A DNA stretch of 55,902 nt, counting the filler, from Sphacelaria rigidula (Eukaryota), in assembly GCA_964200075.2 (NCBI GenBank). It is 5 parts of 5 records of this genome, joined end to end, with 100 filler letters (N's around TTAATTAATTAA, not from the genome) between each part and the next. Parts side by side here need not be neighbours in the genome. Positions count along the whole stretch, not along the records: positions 33,604 to 44,703 come from CAXNAA020005388.1; positions 44,804 to 55,902 come from CAXNAA020005389.1; 3 more parts are not named here. One strand, 5' to 3'. The notes under the pieces are model-generated. The model was not told the DNA's origin, searched no databases, and saw nothing but the letters and a program-made list of their open reading frames with translations. Of the stretch, positions 38,066 to 51,000 are shown one piece after another. Within the stretch, counting starts at the first letter, position 1; each line of letters starts with the position of its first letter. A program made the translations under genes and the position numbers.

Positions 38066-40480
38066 CCATCACATTAGCTCGACCTCTCGAACCCGTGGTA
38101 CATAGTATTTACTTTCTGATAATGCAGACTCAGAATTGGCTTGAGGCAATGCAAGTACATGGTTTTCTGCTGCATATCACGTCGAGAGGCCTATAAATGA
38201 TGTAGTGCTACGCTAGTATTCATTTCGTTTACTTCAAAAATGATTTCGGGTGAAAAAGCGGTCATTCCCAATTGAACATCGTACATACACGCACCCATCA
38301 CAAGGAAAATCGACGAAATCGCAGAACGGACGGGAACCGGAACGTGACAGTCTACAATAGATAGTGACGCCAGACACCAGCAACCGCAACACAAAAAATT
38401 AAGAACACAACAAGAGCGAACGTGTAAAATAACAAATATGGCATGCGAACAAAAGGCGATAAAAACAAACCTGAAGTCATTTTACGTTGACATTCCAGGT
38501 TTATTGCTTTAGCGATGTAATGCCCGGTGCAGCACGGGCTTCTGAAATACGACATACCCAAAATGATGCACGAACAGGAACCACTGCGGCTAACGAAGGA
38601 CGGTATGATGAGCACATTCTTTGCAAACATATCGGGAACGACGTACAAGCAGGCTCGGCAGAGGCTGGTATACAGGGTCCTTCGTCACCCTCCGAGCAAT
38701 GGTGCACCATTTTGTTGGCATGATCTCTTGGATGCCCCGAGTAGAAGCTGCTGATACCACTACGTCACTTTGGTAATCGTTGCCGCATCAAGGGCTGAGT
38801 ACTCTGTTGATGTGCTCAGTGGATCATCACGTTAAACCTGAAAAATCTTGTAGCCTACAGTGCACATTGCCGTCATCAGATGTGTTGGACTCTTGTGGTA
38901 CCCCTCCCTTTTGGTATGTTCGAAGCAGATCTAGGAACTCGCAACTATCCCGCGTGGTCGTTCGATTAAGCTTTCTCCAACCCTTCCCCCCCTTCTCACG
39001 CGGATGATTTGCTTACCTGAATGTGCGCTGATTGGTCGGCGAAACGAACGCTTCGGCCTCTTCGGCGAAATAACAGTTTCCCTTGGATACGGACAGGCCG
39101 ACTTGAAACGGAATGAAACCCCCCGCAGGAATGTCTGCTTCAAGCGGTGAAACTTCGAGTTCACCCCCTTCGTCTCCTGAGTCTTGTTTTCCGAGACGTT
39201 TCATGTTCCAGACAACGTGCACCTGGATACGGGTAAAACCGGTCGAACAGCGGGTGGATGTGGTTCGCGATAGTGTCTGACGTACGTTGGGGAAAAGGAA
39301 AGAGGATTGCGAGTTGGTATGTTTTTATTCGCTTACTTGGGTAATTCAAACACAGCGTTGGGAACGCGTTGGCTCGTAACGTTATTCTTAACTGGGTCTC
39401 GATTAAGGAAGAGTATTTCGACACCAACCGTCTTCATTCCTGAGTGCCATTATCTTCCGGGGTATAATTAGGTTCCAGACAAAGTGCGTCTGAGCCGAGA
39501 CACATGGAGGATGAACAGGGAGGTTGATTTGTTGATCGAATGGTTAATTGTCGCACGTAAGCTGATCCCCGTGGCGGAACATCGGTGTAGTACTTGAAGC
39601 CTAGCGAAAACGTGTGTTGTTCCGGTCAAATGAGTGCACATGAGTCGACTTGCATTTCATTAAGGTAAACCACTCCTGACTCTGAATCGTGACGTCAGAA
39701 ACGAATTGAAACTAAAATATCACCCGAAATAGATGCTTTACATCGTAGCGTAAACATATATTGCCAAAACATGTTCCTCAACAGCATTTCAGGTTCGTGG
39801 TGATGTGCGCCTGCATGGGGTACGCGGGGAAAAAATAGAATCGCGTTGCCGCTAGGTAGTATCCGAAAAAGAAGCAACGAGAATATCCGTTCTGCCACAC
39901 CGGAAGCAGGGTTAACCCCACTATCGTAAGGTTCCTAAGTCGAGAGAGTAGGAAAAAGATACTCTTGACCGCATACCCGTGATGGCCGATCTCTCGATGT
40001 TGCCTGAAATACTGGGATACCGTCCCTCTTGCATGACCGACCTGAAATAATGTGTCGCGGTCTAGGAATGACAACCCCCGAATAGCAGCGCACCACATGC
40101 TGCGGATCTGTACAGCCTTGGGGACGAATATCGCCCTATATACTGTATCTGTACAACAGGTCGAAGGCACGCTTTCTTTACACGGGCTCGTTGATGTCGC
40201 CCTCGCGATCGAACGGGAAAGTGGACATGAACCACAAGCGGATAACGATCAGGGTGGCGTGTTAGGAGTTTTGTCGGCTTATTTCGTCGTTCTCATTTAC
40301 TGCTGTTGTTGTTCCTCTCGTTGCCTTCGGCGAGTAAATAATTGAGTGAAAGTTATGATCATATTCTGTCTGAGTACAAGTAACGTCCCTGAAATGTTGA
40401 AATGGCGGAATCTTACACTTCGCGACATTCATCCCCATGAACGAGTCCGGAAGTACCGCTCGGCATTTGAGCATATCTGT
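36250..40480 (-). pseudogene. Multi-exon decayed DUF6729-like putative transposase
   Basis: Ordered pieces YPLVVHVHFP, PQGC, GVAERIFSL/GYYLAATRF, ETQLRITLRANAFPTL, VPDMFAKNV, KTGLSHGPPKRGT; GTAAGC/GTGCG donors and CAG acceptors. By-eye only. Confidence 0.4.
38019..38063 (+). repeat. (ATT)n microsatellite
   Basis: About 14 ATT units. Confidence 0.95.
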
Positions 40481-41494
40481 TCACGAGAAAAGGATGGCCT
40501 CAATCAATAATAGCTACATTTCAATATTCGCTGCTCTGTTTACCGAAACCGGAGTACTGTGTACGATATCCGCAAATTGAGAAAACAGAGTCATGAGGCG
40601 ATCATTGGCATGCACCAAGTCGAAGCGACCGTCTTTTGCTGCAAGAAGGTTCCACGAGATCCCTGCCGTCACACCTCAGTGTTGGTGTTGTTGGTAAGGG
40701 TAACCGTCTCGGTCCCGCCTCCCGAGGTATATCCGAGATCCACGGTCGACCGATCAAGGTAAACGTCGTTCACAGAAGGATCTGAGAACACAAGGGTGCG
40801 TCAGATTTGGGGTGAGGTTGAAAGAGTTGGTTTTTGGGGTCGCGGGCATATTTGATGTGGCGGCAGGGGTAGCAGTAGTGCGAACATGCAACAATAAAGC
40901 GAGAAACCGAGCACGAGAAACTGTATCAGTTACATATCGGCAAATGATGGGCGAAGCGAAAGGTTCCGTTCTTCGGGGATGTATATCTCAGGATTTGGGC
41001 CACATCCGACGCGAAAGCCGAAAAATAAAGCAGGCCCTACCAACGACGTCAGTATAGAGCGTGGCCGGGAGAAATGCACGCGAAAAAACACGGGGCCTAG
41101 GGGTAATGATGTTTCTGCTTCAATATTTCGAAGTATGCGGCGTTTGCATCACCACATGCTGAGTCTTGGACAAGATTTTGCCGGTATTTGTTGATGGATG
41201 ATTAAGGGGTGCAGAGTCTAGCTTATCAACAACATTGTTGCTGAAACTATGTCAACAGAGAGTGTGATACTCCGTCACCTGCTCTACCCACGGTCTATAG
41301 TGTGACATACGGTTAGTACCACAAATGTATCAAGTGCTCTCGGCGAGAAACTGCCTCATCTTACGGCAAAAGCAATTGTCGTGTTTGCATTATGCAGTAT
41401 TTCAAAATGGTTTCAGTCAAGGACGTTCACCTAAGGGATATGCGAATTTCCCTTGTGATTGTGTGCCTGTCACTTGAACGTTCTCTGAATACAT

Positions 41495-41866
41495 CACATC
41501 CTGGACGATACAATATGTTTCCAATATATATTAGTCGATCATATTGGAATTTTGCGATATATTGCCGGCGTAATATATATTGGCACCCTTGGACTGCACA
41601 CGTATTGCGCGCCCAATATATATATTGATGTGATGGGACTGCATACATATTTCCCGCCCAATATATTTATATATATATTGGTACTGTGGGGTTGAACACA
41701 TATTGTTCCATCAATATATATCGGGACAGCGTGGGCGACAGCATATTGCACGACCAATATATATTAGAGTCGCACTGATGAGAACATATTAACCGGTCAA
41801 TATATATATATATATATATTGGGTCTGCGTGTGTGCCAAGGTATTGGCCGGTCAATATATATTGGA
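41495..41866. repeat. Truncated element: TIR-like start plus CAATATATATTG array
   Basis: Starts CACATCCTGGACGATACAATATGT; palindrome units at 41522, 41571, 41614, 41659, 41712, 41755, 41798, 41853. Confidence 0.85.
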
Positions 41867-42214
41867 TATCATAAGTATGGTGTACGCTCTAAGAAGGATG
41901 CAGACGCGATGGATGCCGGAGCCCGTGCAGATTGGGAAAAGCTTCAAAGGGAGCCGCAAACGTTCGCGTGCATTACTACGGAGAGTAGTCGAATGCGTTT
42001 GACACACACATATGTAAATATATACTAGTGAAAAAATATGGTGACAGAAGAGGCGACCTGGTATATCTGCCTCCTAATATCTAAGTGGCCACCGGTGCGG
42101 GGCCGCCCATCGCCTTCCCAGCATCTAATTAACTTGGCTAAACATCACGATGACGGAAAACGCGGGTCGATATGCGCCTGTTGGTACCCTTGTGGTCACC
42201 GGGGCTGTGTTGCT

Positions 42215-43174
42215 TACACCCTGGACAACACAATATGTTCCAATATGATACCAATACCTTGTATTGGAGCCAGCTCAAACATTGTCCTTTCAATATATAT
42301 TGTGTTGAAACGTCCTCGGAGACATTGAAGCAACAACGTATATTGCTCGTGTCAGGATCATGAAGTAATATATGACAATATATATTGGACATACCTTTGC
42401 TCCGGGAATGAAACATTCAATATATATTGTGCATGCCGGCCGTGTATGTATTGAAGTGTCGATATATATTGAGTCGAAGCGATGCGTAGCATATTGTTAC
42501 CATAATATATATTGAACGCAAACCATGCAAATGTATTGTTTTCCCAATATATATTGCGCACGCTCATCGCATAGCTTTTGTGCAGCCAATATATATTGAG
42601 CACGCTCGCGGAGGAAGATATTGAGCGTTTTCGGCATGTGGTGATACACATTTCAATGGCGCCCGCGAACATAGAGTTGCCCGCCATACTTATTTCAATA
42701 CACTTTGCAATCTACATGCTGAAAATCAATATATATATATATGTATATATTGCTACACCAATATGTATTGTGACCGTCCGTTCCCTCGTGTATTGTCGGC
42801 CAAATATTTATTGGACGCAATGGCGCACGACATATTGGGGCGGCAATATATATTGGCGCTTCTGGTGTTGAGTATATTGAATCATCAGTACATATTGCCT
42901 TCGTGTGGCAGCCAATATAATACTCGACATATATATGTTGGTGCCATCTCGCACCAACATATTACTCGGCCAATTTATATTGAGGTGGCGCGTGTCGTGA
43001 TATATTGTCCGGTCGATATATATTGCATGTCGCGAGCCTTGACATATTGCTTGCCCAATATATATTGACCCTCTCTCGTGCCATCATATTGCTCGCCCAA
43101 TATATATTGATCACCCGACGCGTCGACATATTGAGCGGGCAATATATATTACATATTGTATTGTCCAGGGTGTG
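42215..43174. mobile_element. TIR element (~960 bp) built from two 42-bp-period palindrome arrays
   Basis: TIRs TACACCCTGGACAACACAATATGT / ACATATTGTATTGTCCAGGGTGTG; 8 + 10 units of CAATATATATTG or variants. Confidence 0.85.
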
Positions 43175-44703
43175 GAATATTTCAGGTCATACTGCGTGAT
43201 GTGAGGCATCTACGCAGCGTTCCGTTACTTTTGGTCACCCTAGCGTTCCATGAAGACCTGAGACCGATTCTCATCACCTGAGGAATCAACAAAGAACTCG
43301 TGTGCCACAGCCGTTTGCAGACGCGTGGCTTCTCCACTCCTCGTCAACGGCTTCGAGAGGCTGCACTTCTGGAGCGCCACCGTGCCCTGAGGTCCAACCT
43401 TCGCGAAGAGGTCGCTCATCCCCTCTTGCTTCAGTAGACTTTCCAGTTCCTCAGACGAGCATCGTCCAAGGCCCACGTTTGCTCTGCAACGGCAGGTAAA
43501 CGACATTTCTCGGATTATTGTCTGCTCTCTGTAGACGCCGACACCTCATGCGAGTGTAGTGTTACATAACTTGTGCTCAGAACACTCCGCAAGTGCATCC
43601 TTTACGCTCTCTTATGATGCGCCTACTCACGTTCGCCCCCAACTTTACACCCGAGAACGTAGAACAACATGCATCCATACTCGTGAACGACTGAATTCGC
43701 ACGTATACGCAGAATCTCTTGCCAAAACTACGCGCGCTTTACGTCTCAAGGTCAGATTTCTCGAACCAACATGCATCACACCAGATTTGTGGGCTACACG
43801 AAAAAGATGTTTGAACTTTGCCGAGACGCAGGCTAGTTGTCATCCACCCTTCGGACGTATATTACACACGCACGAGGCCTGGCATCCATACACTCCTGCA
43901 AAATACAGTGCGCTTGCCTGAAATGTACTTGTTCTGTGGCCATCACCTGTTTTAATGGATCCAATTGCTACGGATTGTACACTATAATAGTCACTGAACT
44001 GCTGACCACCGGGCTTATCGTCCAAGCCATGCTTCGCTGTATGGCGAACCGACAGTGACACTCATAACCTGCGGTCTACGATACACTGGTATACGGAATA
44101 TTCAACATCACCGTGCTAGAACAACATGTACCTGTTCCTGAACGCTTGGACGTGAGCGTGTCGTAACGGCGCTGGGCGTTGCTCCTCCACTTCCCCCTTC
44201 GCCACAAGGTATCCCGTGCCCATAGCATCCAAAACCAACGGCTGCTGGTTCTCCAGAAGACAGAAAATTCTCCTGGGTTGCAACGATGAGAAAGTACCCT
44301 GGAGTTGACAAGAGTGCACGCCTGAGTTTGGCGACGTGAGTATGTGCTCTCGTTGCTTTGTGCGCACCAGAGTGTACTCTATGGGCGTATTTTGTTACGT
44401 ACAAAGGTGCCCGCAATCTACGAGGTCGGTCGCGCTGCTCCCGTACACGTCTTGCATGCACGATGAGAAGAATCTGCAAAATATTAATTCTTAATATGAA
44501 ACAGGCATTCAGATGCAAACGTTTACATAGTAAGAATACCTGAAAATTAGGCCAAGTTTCTCTCCTTCTTACTTTTGTTTTATGGATCCATCTCGCATAG
44601 TCGGGCTGGTTGTGGGAGGAGGGGGGGGGGGGGGGGGGGGGGGGGTTTGATATAAAAAATTTGATTCTGCTCGTGGGGGGGGGGGGGGGGAGGGGCGGAA
44701 GGG

Positions 44704-44803
44704 NNNNNNNNNNNNNNNNNNNNNNNNNNNNNNNNNNNNNNNNNNNNTTAATTAATTAANNNNNNNNNNNNNNNNNNNNNNNNNNNNNNNNNNNNNNNNN
44801 NNN
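44704..44803. other. Artificial scaffold linker
   Basis: N/TTAATTAATTAA/N, 100 nt. Confidence 0.98.
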
Positions 44804-44880
44804 GTTTAAGAGACAACCAACTAGATTACTGATAAGTCAGCGCTGACTTTGTCAGTAGTCTAGTTGGTAGTCCCTTAAAC
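44804..44880. repeat. Near-perfect 77-bp palindrome at scaffold start
   Basis: GTTTAAG...AAGTCAGC|GCTGACTT...CTTAAAC with few mismatches and no loop. Confidence 0.9.
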
Positions 44881-45654
44881 CGTCACAACTCCCGCACTGA
44901 AACACTTCCAAAATGACGACTTTCATCGGGTGCTTATTGTGTTTTCGCACGTGTTCCGATGATGTGGCACAGATTTAGCCATCTCCAAGCTTGCCGCGGC
45001 GATTGTTCTTGCATTGAGAGCTCCGCTCCTCAGCTCTTCATCTAGTAAGTCACTTTTGCCGAATTGTTCGTCGCCGACGGATTGTCGCGGTGCACGTTTT
45101 TTTGCCTTTGGGGGCTTTTTCTCCGCCTAAGATATGCGTGAAAGCATGGCAGCCAATGGTGTTCTGAGAGGAGTTAGTGTCACAACCACCCTGCAGTTCG
45201 TGTTCAAAGTTATAATCACGTATTACTTTTCATTTAGTGTCCATCATCTTCGTCTTGTCGCGGATTATCTGCATGCGGTTAAACATACCGTGTTGTGTAT
45301 GTTCGCCAAATCAACCGGCAGCGAATAGATCAACAGCATCGTTACTGCATGCAGTCTGTCTCGCGTGTTGCGGAGCCCGACCAATCAGAACAACTTTCAA
45401 GCGCACTGGACGGCTTATGTCTGTAAGTATAGGATGCGGCGAACAAGTCGACAGTAACGTTGTTGTGTATACGTCGCTCTCAGATTATGCCATCATGTTG
45501 CAGAGTTTGATTGGGGTCGTATGCACGCGCAGGCACGACGGCGTTTGCAAACTGCTTGCGGATTTGTGATGTTTACTGTGGAACGTTACCGGGTACGAAT
45601 CGAGTCCGATTTTTTTTCTACACGATGCAGCATCGAAGATCATCACGGAAACCT

Positions 45655-46023
45655 GCATATCGCGCGACAACAACCATGGAACGCTCTGTGGCTGTCAAGC
45701 TTGACCTTGGGCCGGTTATCGCGAGGATCAACGTGTCGAAACGTCGGCTTCACCACCGGCAAAGGGGCCAGTGTCCCTCCCGCACGACCTCCGTTTGTTC
45801 TATCCAGTCCCGGCAGTACTAACGCTGCACCGCCACTTCTGAACGCTCTACCGCCATTCCCGCTGCCGCCCCCTCCAAAAGACAATCTTCGCAGGCGATT
45901 GCTATCGACGACATGTTTGTCGTTGCTACTGTTGTCCGCCATTTTGGCGAGTGGAGGGACATCCTCCGCTTCGTCCAGGTGGACCCGCGGAGACGCGCGG
46001 CTGCCGGCTACTTTACGTGCCAT
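45655..46023 (-). other. Possible exon of unknown gene
   Basis: GC-rich open frame ending at CAG|GTT; no recognisable motif. Confidence 0.2.
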
Positions 46024-47619
46024 GTCCAGATTCTTGTACGACTACGGCTCCGTTTTACCCAGGTCGCTCGCAGTGGAATAGGGGCACTGCATGCGAACAC
46101 GGACGAAGCTCACTCGTAGCACTGATACGGTATACTCTGTCCTGGACTGTTGAGCCTCGATTTCGGTACCCCGCATACTTGTATGCATACCTTTACGATG
46201 CCGGCGAGTGTCTGACACGCGGCGAATTATATTTCCTCAACAGATTTACGCTACAGACAACAAGCATCTCCATACTACTGATGATATTCGTTTTTGGCTT
46301 ATGGCAGCGAGGTGCCCAGGCCGTAAGGAGGAAAAGCTGAGCGCCTAGTTTGCAATACATTGTTGCGGTTCGACGAAATATTTGAGCCGCATTGCGCCGC
46401 ATGGCGGTGCAATTCGATATTGCCGTACACAACACATCTAGAGCGAAGGTGGCGCCGCTGCGCTTTCACAGCACAGAGCGAAAGCAGCAGGACAGTGTTG
46501 ATGATGTCTTACTATGGAGTAGTTAATGGGAAGCTACAAATAATGAAAGAGTAATCGAGCCTGCACACAAACCTCGGGTGCTTCTACAGTTCTCCCGATG
46601 CACCGCGTTGGAAAATCACGCGGTACATGAAGTAAGTGGAGACATCTACAGGATGTGCCGCGGTCGTGAAGACATCATCAACTACTACGTGCCGGCCACA
46701 AAGCCACCACTCGATCTGGGTGTGGACAGTACTTCGCAGCAGGCGGATTGCTAGCTTGATATTTAGCATGGTGATCATTAATAGGGGTGATCGTACGTAG
46801 TCTCGAGAGGAAATCAAGACCCGTGAATTGACGGTTGTTCAACGGTTGGAAATTCCAGGGCACTTATCGTTACACGTGATAAGTTATCGTTATACGTCAC
46901 AAGTTGAGTATCAGGCCAGGCCAGTACAACGGTGGGGGGTCACGTGGGAACGCTGGTGCTGGTCGTTCAAAGTCAAGTCAAATCAGCAAATCAGCAAATC
47001 AGCAAATCAGGGCTACTCACGTAGTCCCCCACTGTAGTATTAGCCTGGCCCGACGCCGCTTAACTTGTGACGTGTAAAGGTAACTTGTGGTGTGTGACGA
47101 TAAGTGCCCCGGAAAATTCTCCCACTGTGAAGGACGACACCAGCTAGCTGTAAATATCTGTAATCCCACGAGATGGTCGTAATCAGGTTTGGTGTTGAAA
47201 TCGAGATATAGTCATCACTTCCTCCGCCCCTGTCACCCTCCAAGCGAGCGGTGTATCAGGGGCGTTAGACGTGTCTCAGTCTTCTTTGGGGCGCAGGTAC
47301 ATGATGACTATCTCCTTTTTAGTTTTGTGTGACGTATCTTTTAAGTTATTGCTTCAGGTTAGAAAGCCACCCTGATGAATACAGCACGTGGATGTGGTTC
47401 GTTCAGGCAAAACATTTTCATATAGAGGAGGCCGGGGTACGGCGAAGGTGGCACCCACGAGACGTGGCCAGCCACACCAATCTTGCACGCACAGCTGATG
47501 CAAGTGGCGATATTGGAGCTCAGCGAGGTCAGGAGGAGGCTCCAAATGTGCACAACTCGCTTGCGATCCAGAAGAAGCATGTGTCGGGCATGTACAGGTC
47601 GGTTATCGCGTCTTGCCGT

Positions 47620-47624
47620 GGTCG

Positions 47625-47682
<58 letters not shown>

Positions 47683-47745
47683 TGTTCTTCTTCTTGTTGT
47701 TGTTATTCTTGTTCTTGCTGCTGCTGCTGTTGATGTTGATGTTGC
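47620..47745. repeat. Compound trinucleotide microsatellite (GTC/TTC/GTT/GCT)
   Basis: Directly visible; abuts the 3' end of the SINE at 47750. Confidence 0.95.
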
Positions 47746-47749
47746 GGTT

Positions 47750-48010
47750 CCGTCGTAATTTTAAGCCCTACCCTTCCTCGGGACGAATCTGTAGTGTCAA
47801 GGGATCAACCCATCTCTCCTCCGTACATTTGGTATCGCGGATTGGACTGTCACTCCCGCAATGTTCTTTTATCAAGTTCTTTGCCACTCACATGCTCGCA
47901 CTGTTACCGACACAGTTCAAATACTCGGGGAAAAGTGTATTCACCGGGATGCGAACCCTTAACTCCGTCCTAGCCGGTTGTATGGCCTACTAGTTTAACC
48001 ATCGAGGTGC
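47750..48010 (-). mobile_element. Diverged tRNA-derived SINE
   Basis: B-box-like GGTTCGCATCCC (47946-47957, minus); 3' segment CCCTTCCTCGGGA...CAAGGGATCA.CCCATCTCTCC shared with 12757-12830. Confidence 0.7.
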
Positions 48011-51000
48011 GGCAGCAATTCACATGAAACAGAGAAGATACGTCGCGGCACTTACACCATCGAGAAAATAACGTTCACAGGGTCCAGCTCTCCAGCAGTC
48101 CAATCCAATGTCGACATTCTGTCCACCATCGTGTAGCAGGACTCTGCGGAATATTTTCTATGGAATCGTTTCCCGATGGTAGAAAACCAGGCACATGCTT
48201 GAAGCATGTACCATGGTTAGGCTATACTCAATCTCCCAGGAGCGATAGACATCATACATGGGTAATATGTTCCTTCATGAGTTTTTCAAGCGTCCGTGCT
48301 ATCAAATACAATCTGAGTCAGCACTTTTCTCAATCGCTCATCATTTATTTTGCGGCGCTTCACCCTTCATATTTTGCCATGTATACCAGAGCTTGGAAGA
48401 GCCTTAATTCACACGCGCACGGACCAGCGGACACCGATCCATACGCCAGACATATTCCTGTCGGAAGGGTGCTGGCTGAGCGCACAGCTAGCGCCCCCTT
48501 AACCGAGGTGGACCGAGCTAACATGTACGCGGGTTCATTCGTTTTTGCACCTGGCCCTTGTGCGTATGACGGTGAGTCCATGGGTGGCACTCTAGTCCCT
48601 GACTTGCTGCTTCTACGGTAATTTGGTTGTGATGGTGATCGTGCTTCGCACATATGCTCGCAAACATAAGATTTCGGTACGAGGTATCACTGTAGGGGCC
48701 ACGCGGCACACATATGTAGAGGAAATTAGGATATTACCTGAGCTTTCTCCTGAATCGGAGTTTCCATCCATCACGGGATCCATGCACGGAATGCTTTGCG
48801 AGTTGAACACCACGGAAAATAGACAACCGCATGTAGTATGGTGAACGGTATGCTGCTGGGAGGGTTTTGAGGTCCTGGGCACGATTCGTGCTTCATGCGA
48901 AGTGCAGACTCCCTCCCGTTCCCCCAGCCGCGTGGCGCGCAGAACCTGGTCAAGAATTCCTTTTCGATGGCCAGTGTTCGACTGGCACGTCACAGCTTCG
49001 ACCGCTTTTGTACAGTCGCACGCACGGTGGCAAACGCGAAGAATGAATATCGCAGCAAGAAAACAGCCAGCAGTTTTGTTGAACCCCATGTCCACGCCGA
49101 TGATAAAACCCGAAACGAAGCAGCCCCATATATCTGTCTACCACGTACACTACTTGACACTAACCAAAATCCACTCCCAGCGCATAAAACGACGTGCCCC
49201 GTTAGACATCTCCGAAAAACTCCACAACGATAACGTCAGCCCATAAACACACATGTTGAGAATCACCTGTTCAACCCCTCCCCCCGCGCGCGCGCTTTCT
49301 TATTCCCCACTCTACTCAACCGATTTCAATCTAGCCTGGAATGACAGCGCATGGTCCTCACAACAGCATCACCAGCAAGGCCCGGGCATCATGGGGTGCG
49401 GCGTGCGAAAATGCATGATGGCACAAGATGGACACCCCCAACTCCCACATGCGAAACCCCGCGACAACCAAGACGGGCCTGGTCCTGGTACGTACACCGC
49501 CGGCGATGCTGCGGTGATGGGGCACCGGGGCAGGACGTTTGCGGCCGCGGATGAAAGGAGGAGGGCTGAGGTTGCTCTCGCGAGAGCAGCTGCACAGCTA
49601 AAAACTTTGGAGTGGAGGATTGCGACCATTCGACGCGGGATTCGGGATCCTGATAAGTGAGACGAGAGATAATGGAGTATAAACGGCGGACTCTGAGGAC
49701 GCCTCGTGTTTTAGAGACACCGTCGGCGTTGGAGAGCGACAGTTGACTTTCCCTTGCCGCACTGGCTGCGTAAAGTATGTTGTGATTTGTTTCGTCGTTG
49801 ACCCCGCACGGGGCGGGGCGTGTTGAGTGTTCTTATGCGGTTTATAAGCCCCACGTTTCATCATTTGTTGCGACAGATGCATCTTGATCGGATTGATTGC
49901 ATTGTGAGAGTCCCGTCCTCTTCTGCTATCCTCCTCTGTTTCAATCGCGGAGCGAGTAGGGTGATCAACCGACGCCGCACCTGGCGTGAATCTCTCCGCG
50001 CCTCAGACGACTTCGATTCTGCCACCGCTGTCCCAAACCAGCCATTTCGACGTGAAGCTCCATCATTCCACGCATAGAGTGCATTTTTTACAGCTCCAAA
50101 GCACGAAGTCATTTCCGTTTGTGTGCGATCATTTTACGCCGTTGCTGTTGCTCTGGGCGCGTTTTTTTGCCCTCTTGGGATATTTTTCCAAAGTCTACCT
50201 CCACTGCCCAACGCAGTACAGACAAGCGAAAGCACGAAATGCCATCATGAGCGTCTCGTTGTTCCTTGTCGATCTTTTTGAATGCACTGGCTTGTGTTAC
50301 TGTCAGCTATATCTGCGTGATGGATATACGTTTGTTGTCTTCGTTGTTCTTTCCGCCGTCTCCAGCACACACCCTCTCAAAGTAGCTATGTAAGGGGTAC
50401 AGTGGCAACGCGCAACACTTCAAAAACCCAGTGCGTTCATGGGATCGCTTGCTTGCTTTCGTAAGCCTCGGCGTATCTGATGTGTCGGTTCTTCTTGTGC
50501 GCGAGTACCATCTTCTCTGGCTGTTGTTTTCTTGCATGTCCACCCCCTCGTCTGCTTCGTTTTCACGGTTTTCGCTGTTGCCTACTCCCCGCTTTGCGTT
50601 TCCCATGTTTACGATCTCCTCGGCTGTGCAACACCATCCGTACACAGGGACCCCGAAAACAACATGAGTAGATACGCCTATTATGTTGCGCGTCATCCAC
50701 CACTACAGTGATCAAAATTATCAAACATAATGTTTCCTTTTCAGATAAGGGGGTATGTCTTAACTTCCTTCAGACGTGATCTGAAGGGACGTCCACTCGG
50801 TCAAGGCGAGGTACTCACCCTTCGGAATACCTTACCACATCCATTATTGTTTTGATCTGAACACATCCAGCGAAGTCATAACTATCCGCCATTCAACAAA
50901 ATACCCCCCGTGTTGGTATAATTACTCCTCGTGGAGACTTTGCCACCTTCTCGTAACTTTTCCGACTTGTCCTGCGGAAGAAGTAGCCACGGGGTGATGT

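Noticed and set aside
39330-40150. THAP zinc-finger domain (FVPK...RSMWCAAIR; LRANAFPTL)
   Set aside because: CxxH ligands were not found, and more motifs in order fit the DUF6729-like reading; not fully excluded.
41495-43174. Bona fide CRISPR array
   Set aside because: The repeat is only 12 bp and degenerate, there are no cas genes, the context is eukaryotic and the array sits inside TIRs; kept as a repeat finding.
47329-47993. Poly-R/V/S ORFs
   Set aside because: They are translations of a microsatellite.
48380-49100. Pif1/Helitron helicase remnant
   Set aside because: Only LTEVDR is suggestive; no KSQG or YVAxSR motifs.
49735-49770. Walker A-like CGKGKST on the minus strand
   Set aside because: No hydrophobic strand before it, stops nearby and no Walker B.
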